A stretch of DNA of 20,462 nucleotides from Candidatus Iainarchaeum sp. Its GTDB lineage: Archaea > Iainarchaeota > Iainarchaeia > Iainarchaeales > DTGL01. Position 1 is the stretch's first letter, and the number at the start of each line of letters is the position of its first letter. The stretch spans positions 1 through 20,462 of the forward strand of contig JAWALG010000019.1 in the NCBI GenBank assembly GCA_038886995.1, read 5' to 3'. Shown here one piece after another: positions 8,493 to 16,214 of the stretch. A program made the position numbers and the translations under genes. A model generated the notes under the pieces. It was given only the letters and a program-made list of their open reading frames with translations, searched no databases and had not been told where the DNA came from.

Positions 8493-9362
8493 TTATGGAT
8501 CTCCCCATATTGGTATACACCTATCATAAGCGAATGTGTGTTTACAATAATAACCTGGCGGACAATCGCCGTCATTATCACAGTCCCTGTAATACTTTAT
8601 TGAAGTTGTAGTGTATCTTGGCTGCTGGCATGCGCCATCTTTGCAGCCGTATTGGCAGTAAGTGTATGTGCTTGAAATTATCTCACAATTATTGCTTCTA
8701 TATGCTTTATAAGACGCATCTACACAAACATAGCCAGTTGAGCAACCTTGTTGCGTAGAAGGCCTGCCGCTTCCATATGAATAAGTATAAGTGTATGTTG
8801 TTGGCGCGTACTGCGTCTGTGTTGTGGTCACTTGTGCTTGCTGTGGCTGATAAGAGTAATACTGATAATAGTAAACTGGCACTTTTGCAGAGTTGCATGT
8901 GCCATTGCTACAACCATATTGGCATTTTTGTATGAATTGTGGTGAGGTGACGCATTTTGAATTTCTATACAAACCCCAAACTTCATCTCCGATGCAGTAC
9001 TGGCTCACATATTTTTCAGAACACCAAGGCCCAAAGCTGAATTCCCATGAACCAATATTTATTCTTGTCGGCTTTTTCATGCAGTCGCCATCGATGCACT
9101 GCTCATTTGTTGCACAACTATATAATGGAGTCAAGGTTGTGCCTTGGGAGGTAGTTCTCTCAATATATATTGTGTTGCCTATGCACTTCTTGTATGCATT
9201 TGCGCTACTATAATAGCCATATCCGTAAGTGTAATACCCCCCATAATAGTAACTTCCTTGGCTTTGTGCTGTAGGTTCAACAACCAAACCAGCCATTGCT
9301 TTGTTGAGGGATATTATTATTAATGCTACTCCGAGTACAAGCTTTAGATTTAAATAATTCAT
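8493..9362 (-). CDS. Secreted Cys/Tyr-rich repeat protein (289 aa)
   Basis: Signal peptide ending AMA, ATGA overlap with the upstream gene. Three modules ending CxxGxC (two contain CQYGC), C-terminal CDNDGDCPPGYYC, no TM anchor. Confidence 0.8.
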   Translation of the reverse strand: MNYLNLKLVLGVALIIISLNKAMAGLVVEPTAQSQGSYYYGGYYTYGYGYYSSANAYKKCIGNTIYIERTTSQGTTLTPLYSCATNEQCIDGDCMKKPTRINIGSWEFSFGPWCSEKYVSQYCIGDEVWGLYRNSKCVTSPQFIQKCQYGCSNGTCNSAKVPVYYYQYYSYQPQQAQVTTTQTQYAPTTYTYTYSYGSGRPSTQQGCSTGYVCVDASYKAYRSNNCEIISSTYTYCQYGCKDGACQQPRYTTTSIKYYRDCDNDGDCPPGYYCKHTFAYDRCIPIWGDP

Positions 9363-9883
9363 TTTTTACCCCCCGTCAATTTGAGAATGAAAATTGCAAA
9401 AAGAAGCAGCGCAATTAATGCCAAAAGTATGTTCATCATGGTTGCTTCATGGACAACCATCGGTGCACTTACATTTCCTTCGCTTTGCTTTTGTTCTTCA
9501 CCAGGCACTTGCGCTGGTGCTTTTGGGAAACCAACCGCCACTTTAACTTCTTTGTTAATCAATTCATTACCAATAGTAGCAGCAATAGTAACTGCGTAGT
9601 TATTCCTAATGGCTGCATCAGTAGGCATAAAAGAAACTGTAAGATATGCCTTTTGCCCAGCTGCGATTGATGAAGGCATGTTTGTTATCTCACACCTTAC
9701 TTCTGCAGGGCAGTAAACCTTTGCCTGGAAATCCTTTGCTTCATTGGAAGAATTAGAGACCTCATATGTCACTGTCCTAATCGGCTCATCTATAAAAATG
9801 TTTTCAGGCCCAGATATCTGTGAGAATGCATTACCTAAAAGAAACAAAACCATTATTGCTGATGCTAAAATCTTTACCCCCAT
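9359..9883 (-). CDS. Small surface protein with one Ig-like domain and C-terminal TM anchor (174 aa)
   Basis: SD GAGGGGG, signal peptide ending AFS, a single beta-rich domain, linker, TM helix and KK tail. First gene of the operon. Confidence 0.8.
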   Translation of the reverse strand: MGVKILASAIMVLFLLGNAFSQISGPENIFIDEPIRTVTYEVSNSSNEAKDFQAKVYCPAEVRCEITNMPSSIAAGQKAYLTVSFMPTDAAIRNNYAVTIAATIGNELINKEVKVAVGFPKAPAQVPGEEQKQSEGNVSAPMVVHEATMMNILLALIALLLFAIFILKLTGGKK

Positions 9884-9932
9884 AATGCCCCCTCTAAAAT
9901 TAACTATTTCACATTAATATATGTGTTGGTGA

Positions 9933-9950
9933 AATATATAAACCTTTCGG
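9933..9950 (-). promoter_or_regulatory. Consensus archaeal BRE+TATA promoter for the 9883-3996 operon
   Basis: Minus strand CCGAAAGGTTTATATATT matches BRE (cRNAAN) plus TTTATATA, about 50 nt upstream of the ATG. Confidence 0.8.
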
Positions 9951-10089
9951 TTTAATAATCTGAAGTGATTTAGTTACAAGTTAATAGTTATTGGTATGTT
10001 ATTAAAATAATATCTAAAAAAAGAATATCTAGAAATATACGTTAATAAGTTGTTTTTAATTAATTTTTTAGCATCTTAGAGGTGACTAT

Positions 10090-11250
10090 ATGCCGAATGG
10101 CCATTATCTTTTTACTTCCGAATCAATGACAGAAGGCCATCCAGACAAGGTCTGTGACCAAATATCTGATGCGGTTCTTGATGAAATAATTGCTCAAGAC
10201 AAGTATTCCAGGGTTGCATGCGAAACCATGGCTGGCATGGGCTTTATAATTGTGAGCGGTGAAATAACAACAAATGCAAAATATGATGTTGGGAAGATAG
10301 CCCGCAATGTTCTTGAGAGGGTTGGCTACACTAAGGTCGAATACGGCTTCCAGTACAAAACAGTTGGTGTTTTATCAAGCATCCACGAGCAAAGCCCTGA
10401 CATTGCCATTGGCGTAAACGCAAAGAAAGGCAAGGGCTTCGGCGCAGGAGACCAAGGAATGATGTGTGGCTACGCAACTGCTGAGACAGAGGAACTTATG
10501 CCAGCAGCAATAATGTTTGCCCACAAGCTTGCAATGAAGCTTGCCGATATCAGAAAAAAAGGGAAACTCAGCTATCTTAGGCCTGATGGCAAAACACAAG
10601 TCACAGTTGAGTTTGATGGCTCTTCTGTTAAGCGCATTGACTCAGTTGTAATTGCAGCGCAGCATGACCCTGATGTAACACTGCCAAAATTGCGCGAGGA
10701 TATAAAGCGAGAAGTTATAGAGCCTGTTTGCGGTGACTACATTGACAAAAAAACAGCCTATTACATAAACAACACTGGAAGGTTTGTGATTGGTGGCCCG
10801 GTAGCGGATGTTGGCTGCACTGGCAGGAAGATAATTGCTGACACCTATGGTGGAATGAGTAAGCACGGCGGCGGTGCTTTCTCTGGAAAAGATCCTACTA
10901 AAGTTGACAGGAGTGCAGCTTACATGGCAAGATATATTGCTAAGAATGTCGTGGCTTCGGGAATTGCTGACAAATGTGAAATACAAGTTGCCTATGCCAT
11001 TGGATCACATGAGCCAACTGCACTTTTTGTAGATACTTTTGGCACATGCAAAATTCCTGAAAGCAAGCTAAGAAACATTATTGAGAAAAACTTTGACCTC
11101 AGTCCGAGCAGCATTATAGAGCGCCTCGACCTACTGAGGCCTATTTACTCAAAAACCTCCTGCTATGGCCACTTTGGCAGGAATGAGCCAGAATTCACAT
11201 GGGAAAAAACAGATTTTGCTGATGATTTGAGGAAGCAAGCAGGACTGTAG
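10090..11250 (+). CDS. metK: S-adenosylmethionine synthetase (methionine adenosyltransferase), bacterial/eukaryotic type
   Basis: Motifs FTSESxxEGHPDKxCDQISD, QSPDI, GAGDQG, GRKIIxDTYGG, HGGGAFSGKDPTKVDRS and YGHFGR. SD GAGGTGA. Confidence 0.98.
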   Translation: MPNGHYLFTSESMTEGHPDKVCDQISDAVLDEIIAQDKYSRVACETMAGMGFIIVSGEITTNAKYDVGKIARNVLERVGYTKVEYGFQYKTVGVLSSIHEQSPDIAIGVNAKKGKGFGAGDQGMMCGYATAETEELMPAAIMFAHKLAMKLADIRKKGKLSYLRPDGKTQVTVEFDGSSVKRIDSVVIAAQHDPDVTLPKLREDIKREVIEPVCGDYIDKKTAYYINNTGRFVIGGPVADVGCTGRKIIADTYGGMSKHGGGAFSGKDPTKVDRSAAYMARYIAKNVVASGIADKCEIQVAYAIGSHEPTALFVDTFGTCKIPESKLRNIIEKNFDLSPSSIIERLDLLRPIYSKTSCYGHFGRNEPEFTWEKTDFADDLRKQAGL

Positions 11251-11368
11251 CAATAAGCCTTAGCTGAGCACGACCAAGGTTTAGAATATAGCGCTATTTA
11301 TTATCTTTTTTAAAGCAATATCAATATAAATTATAACAAATTATAGCAATTTATGGGGTGTGGCTTTT

Positions 11369-11782
11369 ATGCTTGAGGACTTTATAGAGGTAAATAAGCT
11401 TAAAGCAACGATAATACAAAAACCAATACTTGGGCCAAATGCTGCAAAATGCGTTCTTTACCTTAGAGACAACCCTGCGCTTAAGCCAGCGCTCGCAGTT
11501 TTCATGAGGAAAGACCATATTGATTTTGACAAAGTTTCAGGTCTTTTTCCAGGTTCAAAGCTAAGGGAAGCAAACGCTAAGGAATCTTTTAATGTGACTG
11601 GATACAAAAAAGGTTTTATACCGCCAATATCTGTTTACGGAGTTATCGTTGTCCTGGATTCAAAAGCAGCTGAGAAGGGTTCTTTGTATGTGCCTGTAAG
11701 TGATCTCAGCACGCTTGAAGTTTCTGTCAGCGAGATAAAAGAGATGAATGAGGATTTTATCATCGGTGATATCACAAGGTGA
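11369..11782 (+). CDS. YbaK/ProX-family aminoacyl-tRNA editing (deacylase) protein
   Basis: Conserved Lys (AAKCV), LREA...TGYKKGFIPP (GxxxGxxxP loop) and VVLD. Start moved to the ATG at 11369 after GGGGTGTGG; the ORF track gives GTG 11360. Confidence 0.8.
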   Translation: MLEDFIEVNKLKATIIQKPILGPNAAKCVLYLRDNPALKPALAVFMRKDHIDFDKVSGLFPGSKLREANAKESFNVTGYKKGFIPPISVYGVIVVLDSKAAEKGSLYVPVSDLSTLEVSVSEIKEMNEDFIIGDITR

Positions 11783-11786
11783 TTTT

Positions 11787-12449
11787 CTGCTAATAGATAC
11801 GCACATACACACCAAGCTTGCAGGCCATGCTAGCTTAAGCGTTGACGAAATATTCAACTTTTGCAGTAAGAAAGGTATTGTTCCAGCGCTCACAGAGCAC
11901 AACTCAACCAGGCCTTGGGATGAGGCCTATGCTTTATCCAAAAAATATTCACTGCAATTTATCCGGGGCGAAGAGATAAAGGTCTACAACAATGGTGTTT
12001 TTGTTGGTGAGCTTTTAGGCCTATTTATGAACTCACATGTAAAACCTGGGGAAATTTTTGAGGTTATAGATTCACTAAGAGAGCAAGATGCAATTATCTC
12101 AGTTTCACATCCATTTGATTTCATGCGAAGGCCTTTTTTCCGTGGCTTTAGAATGCTTGAAGAAATAAAGAAAGAAGTGCATGCCGTAGAAATATTTAAC
12201 AGCAGATGTATCTTTGGCTCAGCAAATGAAAAGGCAAAGGTCTTTGCCGAAAAAAATAAGTTGGCTTTCACAGTTGGCACAGATGCTCATTTCAGATGTG
12301 AGCTCGGAAATGCTTACCTATGCGTTGATGCCGATACACTTGAAACTGCAAGAAAAAAGATTTTGAAAGGGCAATGCACGTATTTTGGCAGAAAAGGCCC
12401 ACTTAGGGCGCAGCTTTATACAAAGCTTGCAAAATTGCATCTTATGTAG
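11787..12449 (+). CDS. PHP-domain metal-dependent phosphoesterase
   Basis: Motifs DTHIHT, LTEHN, GEEI, SHPF, EIFNSR and GTDAH. Start is uncertain: CTG 11787 (SD-supported) or ATG 11748. Confidence 0.88.
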   Translation: MLIDTHIHTKLAGHASLSVDEIFNFCSKKGIVPALTEHNSTRPWDEAYALSKKYSLQFIRGEEIKVYNNGVFVGELLGLFMNSHVKPGEIFEVIDSLREQDAIISVSHPFDFMRRPFFRGFRMLEEIKKEVHAVEIFNSRCIFGSANEKAKVFAEKNKLAFTVGTDAHFRCELGNAYLCVDADTLETARKKILKGQCTYFGRKGPLRAQLYTKLAKLHLM

Positions 12450-13606
12450 TGTTCAAAATGACCATAAAAAAAGTTGATTTGAAGGGCAAAAAAGTAATAC
12501 TTGTGGGTACAGCCCATGTCAGCAATGAGAGCATAAAAGAGGTAAAAGAGGTCATAGCTAATGAGAAGCCAGATTGCGTTGCACTTGAGCTTGATCATGT
12601 GCGTTTTGCACAACTATCAGAAGAGCATAAATGGAAAAAGACAGATGTGCTTACTGTGCTTAAGCAAGGCAAGGCATACCTTCTTCTTTTCAACCTTATC
12701 CTTGCTGGCATGCAAAGGCGCATTGGTCGCGAGCTTGGAATAAAGCCAGGCAGCGAAATGCTCGAAGCAGCAAAGCTTGCACAAGAGCACAACATACCTA
12801 TTGCTTTTGTAGACCGCGAGATTGAGATCACAATGAGGAGAACATTCGCAGCCATGAGCTTCTTTGAGAAGGTTCGCCTTTTGTTTGAGCTTGTCTTATA
12901 TATTTTTGGCTTTGGAGAGAAACTCACGCCTGAGAAAGTTGAAGAGCTTAAAAAAGATGATGTGCTTAGTGTGGTAATCAAAGAGCTTTCAAAACAGTTT
13001 CCTTCAATAAAGAGAGTTATTGTTGATGAGCGTGACCAATACATTGCGGCCTCAATTTTAGCAATAAAGGCAAAAAAGATTGTTGCTGTTGTTGGCGCGG
13101 GCCATTTGAAAGGCATAGCCGAAAATCTTGGCAAAGAGATTGATTTGCGCGCTCTAAGAAAAGTTCCAAAAAAAAGGAAATACAGGCCACTGATAGGACT
13201 TCTAATGCTTGGCATCTTTCTTGTGTTACTTGCCCTGGGTTTTTATTCTAAAGGGCCTCAGTTTGTCCTGAATGCGTTTATTGTTTGGTTTATTATAAAT
13301 AGCTCTCTTTCTGCTTTGGGCGCCTTAATCGTTAAAGCGCACTGGAAGAGTGTCTTAGCGGCATTCTTTGCTGCGCCATTTACAACATTGCACCCGGCAT
13401 TAGCGTCTGGCTGGTTTGCCGGAGCGGTAGAAGCAAAGGTCAGACCTCCATTAGTCGAAGACCTGGAAAACATGCAGAAAATTGAATCAATTAGGGAATT
13501 AAATAGAAATAGGTTCACACATATACTTGTAGTCACAGCAGCTGTGAACTTGGCTTCAAGCATCGCTACTTTTGTCTCACTAGGCGTTATAGCTTCTATG
13601 CTTTGA
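12449..13606 (+). CDS. TraB/PrgY (pheromone shutdown, TIKI/TraB superfamily) protein with C-terminal membrane domain
   Basis: Motifs LVGTAHVS, VALELD, PGSEM, DREI, DERD and VVGAGH, then TM helices with AAPFTTLHP...GWFAG. Start is GTG 12449 or ATG 12458. Confidence 0.92.
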   Translation: MFKMTIKKVDLKGKKVILVGTAHVSNESIKEVKEVIANEKPDCVALELDHVRFAQLSEEHKWKKTDVLTVLKQGKAYLLLFNLILAGMQRRIGRELGIKPGSEMLEAAKLAQEHNIPIAFVDREIEITMRRTFAAMSFFEKVRLLFELVLYIFGFGEKLTPEKVEELKKDDVLSVVIKELSKQFPSIKRVIVDERDQYIAASILAIKAKKIVAVVGAGHLKGIAENLGKEIDLRALRKVPKKRKYRPLIGLLMLGIFLVLLALGFYSKGPQFVLNAFIVWFIINSSLSALGALIVKAHWKSVLAAFFAAPFTTLHPALASGWFAGAVEAKVRPPLVEDLENMQKIESIRELNRNRFTHILVVTAAVNLASSIATFVSLGVIASML

Positions 13607-13626
13607 CAATTTTTAGAAATTGTTGC

Positions 13627-13950
13627 TTACTCTACTTTAGTGCCAGGAGCTACTTTTTCGCTAATCTCAACAAGAGAATAGCCGCCTTGCGTATTTTTTG
13701 CGGCAAGTAGCATACCTTGGCTGCTTATGCCTGCAATAGCTCTCGGCTCGAGGTTTGTAACAACCACTACATTTTTGTCCTTAAGTTCTTCTTTCTTGTA
13801 GAACTCTTTAATGCCTGCCACTATAGTCCTTTTTTCTGAACCGAGGTCAATTGCAAGCTTGTAGAGCTTGTCTTTGCCTGGTATGTCTTCTACAGCTGTA
13901 ATCTTTGCTACCTTTAGCTCAACTTTTTGGAATTCAGAGTAGCTTATCAT
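13627..13950 (-). CDS. Stand-alone tRNA-binding OB-fold protein (Trbp111/CsaA/MetRS C-terminal-like)
   Basis: ISYSEFxKVELKVAKI...DKLYKL.IDLG.EKRTIVAGI...VVTNLEPR.IAG..SQGMLLA...PG. Confidence 0.93.
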   Translation of the reverse strand: MISYSEFQKVELKVAKITAVEDIPGKDKLYKLAIDLGSEKRTIVAGIKEFYKKEELKDKNVVVVTNLEPRAIAGISSQGMLLAAKNTQGGYSLVEISEKVAPGTKVE

Positions 13951-14011
13951 AGTTATTAATTTATATAATAAAGAAATAAAAAAGTGCCCTTAAAAGCTTA
14001 TTTGCATTTTA

Positions 14012-15574
14012 TCATCTAATTTCGCTTATTTCCAGAACCGGGCTGCCAGAACACATTGTTGTCTTGATTGGTTTGCCTTCTTTTGCCGGATAATGAAAAA
14101 TAGCAAGTGATGGGGTTTTCTTTTCTGTATCTGGGAGCATTTCGTAGGTATTGCCGAGGTTGCCTTCAAAGTGGAACTTTTCAGAGTCGAGGCGCAGGAA
14201 AAATAGGGCGAGTATATGTGCATTATAATTAAAGACCTCCCTTGCTATGTAAACCTTTTCATATTTTGGCTTTTCTACCTCAGTAAACTTAAATGCCTGT
14301 TCATAACCACAATTGAAATAAGGGGCTGATTTTTGTGGATATTCGGTAAAGTAGTTCAGCATAAAAAAAGTTACCTCTGCAATAGCAAATGCAGTGATGA
14401 CTGCTAAAAGCACAAATACCTTTAACTTTTCAGAGTGCGATTTTTTTGCATCATCTATGACTGACGCAATTGTTAATGCGCAGGCAATCTCAAAAACAGG
14501 TATTGCGTTTATTGATCTCAATGCATGTGGCGAGTAATCTGCGCTAAAAGCAGCAACAACAGGCCAAGAAAAGAGCCAAAAGAGGACTAATTTGTGTGCT
14601 TCAGTTCCACTAAATATGCATATTATTGCCCCAATTGCAAGCAGTGGTATGTAAAAGAAATAAAGCTGCCCTTTTTCAGGTACGCTGTGCCTTGGCAGTC
14701 GGTCGCCTTTTATAAACAAGAAATCCAATGAAAAATAGCTTGCATAGTTTTCAAGGTAAAGTTCAATAATTGCTTGCTCTCTCGAAACGCCTTTCGATTC
14801 TTTTTCTTTTGTGAAATTTTGGTTGAATATCGACAACTGCATGTTCTTTTGGTTTGTGGCATTGCGGTGCTCTTCGTTGAATGCAAATTCACTGAAAAGC
14901 GGCAAAAGGAAGAGCAACAAAAATAAAACAAATATGGCGACTTTTTCCAAAGAAAATTTTTTCCTGTAAATTAAAAAAAAGCCAAGAAGGAAAAAAGGAA
15001 CGAATGCGTAAGCAATCTTGTAAGAGTAAACCGCGAGAGCAAAGCAAGCAGCAGAAAGAACCAGAAAGATCTTTTTTTCATTCGCTTTAAGTAGAAAAAA
15101 AAGCCCAAGCAAAAAGAACGTTGGCAGTGTTATTGCCTCAAAAGCAATTCTGCTAAACACAAAATGCCAAGGAGAAACCGCAAGCAGTAAGGATGCTACG
15201 ATTGCTTCTTTTGATCCAAACATTTTCCTGACAAGGAGAAATGTTGCTATCACTGCAAGCGTTCCAAAAAATGCTGAAACAAAGCGCACAGAAAATACAC
15301 TTAAGCCGAAAAGCGCAATAAAAGGCACTGAACCATATATGAAAACAGGGTTCTTATATTCGCCAAAAGCTTTGAAATACAAAGGTGCTTTAATGCCCCA
15401 CTCATCTCTACCTGTTGTCAGTATCTTGTAAGAGTTATAGCCATTGCTAGCTTCGTCTAAGTAAAGACCTTTTGGCACATTAGAAAGATCATAAATGCGT
15501 ATGATAAAGGCAAAAATAAATATGCTCGCTATGGCTAATTCTTTTCTAAGTTTAGGTTGTCTACTCAACAGCAT
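14012..15574 (-). CDS. GT-C fold membrane glycosyltransferase (GT39/PMT-ArnT-like)
   Basis: First-loop DE motif (LYLDEA), then VRFVSAFFG and LLAVSPWHFVFSR, with multiple TM helices. ATG 15574 preferred; the ORF track gives GTG 15586. Confidence 0.88.
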   Translation of the reverse strand: MLLSRQPKLRKELAIASIFIFAFIIRIYDLSNVPKGLYLDEASNGYNSYKILTTGRDEWGIKAPLYFKAFGEYKNPVFIYGSVPFIALFGLSVFSVRFVSAFFGTLAVIATFLLVRKMFGSKEAIVASLLLAVSPWHFVFSRIAFEAITLPTFFLLGLFFLLKANEKKIFLVLSAACFALAVYSYKIAYAFVPFFLLGFFLIYRKKFSLEKVAIFVLFLLLFLLPLFSEFAFNEEHRNATNQKNMQLSIFNQNFTKEKESKGVSREQAIIELYLENYASYFSLDFLFIKGDRLPRHSVPEKGQLYFFYIPLLAIGAIICIFSGTEAHKLVLFWLFSWPVVAAFSADYSPHALRSINAIPVFEIACALTIASVIDDAKKSHSEKLKVFVLLAVITAFAIAEVTFFMLNYFTEYPQKSAPYFNCGYEQAFKFTEVEKPKYEKVYIAREVFNYNAHILALFFLRLDSEKFHFEGNLGNTYEMLPDTEKKTPSLAIFHYPAKEGKPIKTTMCSGSPVLEISEIR

Positions 15575-16214
15575 CGTGGCCAGCACCTTTTTTCAGGTAC
15601 GGTAGTATTTTACCTTTTCTTTCGGCTTCTTCTATGAGCTTTTTTGCATAGATTATCCTCTGTATCCCGCCAATAAAGGTTACAATTATCAGTAGCCAGA
15701 GCATAATTTCAATGGTGTCTGTGCCAAAAATTTTGGGCGAAAAAGATGCCAATAGCATGAAAAACATTACAATAATTAGCTTGTCTGCATGTTCCCCTAT
15801 CGCTGGCCAGTCCCTGTTGTCTGCAATTATCACTAGCGCAGCCCTTGGCTTTGCATAGCTCGAAATCATTGAAAGGCCAATAGCAATTGCACTGAGCACA
15901 GGATAATGGAAAGAAAAAGAAGCTATTAGAATAAAGTCAACATACTTGTCGATCATTGTTTCAAAGTAGTTGCCAAAATGGCTCTGCTTTTTTGTGAGTT
16001 CAGCAACAGCACCATCTATGAAGTCCATCATTGTTGCAAAAAGTACAAAAATTAATGCAACAAGATAGCTCTTTGCGTATATGAAATATGCTGCAATTAA
16101 AATCAATGGTATAGCAAGAAAGGAAACAATATTTGGGTGCAAGTTGAGCATTGCGAACGGCTTCGCAAGCACATACGTAAATGGCTTTGTTTTTTTCCTC
16201 ATTTGGCTTAGCAT
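15561..16214 (-). CDS. CDP-alcohol phosphatidyltransferase family protein (AIP synthase/PgsA-like, divergent motif)
   Basis: HPNxxS, DxxDGxxA...GxxxExxxD and SYxKxRA motifs, with multiple TM helices. Overlaps both neighbours. Confidence 0.88.
   Translation of the reverse strand: MLSQMRKKTKPFTYVLAKPFAMLNLHPNIVSFLAIPLILIAAYFIYAKSYLVALIFVLFATMMDFIDGAVAELTKKQSHFGNYFETMIDKYVDFILIASFSFHYPVLSAIAIGLSMISSYAKPRAALVIIADNRDWPAIGEHADKLIIVMFFMLLASFSPKIFGTDTIEIMLWLLIIVTFIGGIQRIIYAKKLIEEAERKGKILPYLKKGAGHDAVE

Noticed and set aside
1406-9883. Archaeosortase (PGF-CTERM), lipobox or class III pilin signals on the surface proteins
   Set aside because: No PGF motif precedes the TM helices, AYAC and YASC fit the lipobox poorly, and no clear prepilin cleavage motif is present.
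9884-10089. SAM riboswitch upstream of metK
   Set aside because: The region is extremely AT-rich, with no stable stems or SAM-I/II core motifs visible.
11256-11283. Weak hairpin AAGCCTT...AAGGTTT after metK
   Set aside because: It has only about 7 bp including a G-U pair, a large loop and no adjacent U-tail. That is too weak to call a terminator or ncRNA.
12449-13606. TraB as evidence of conjugation or a plasmid
   Set aside because: This is the TraB/PrgY pheromone-shutdown family, common on archaeal chromosomes, not a transfer ATPase.
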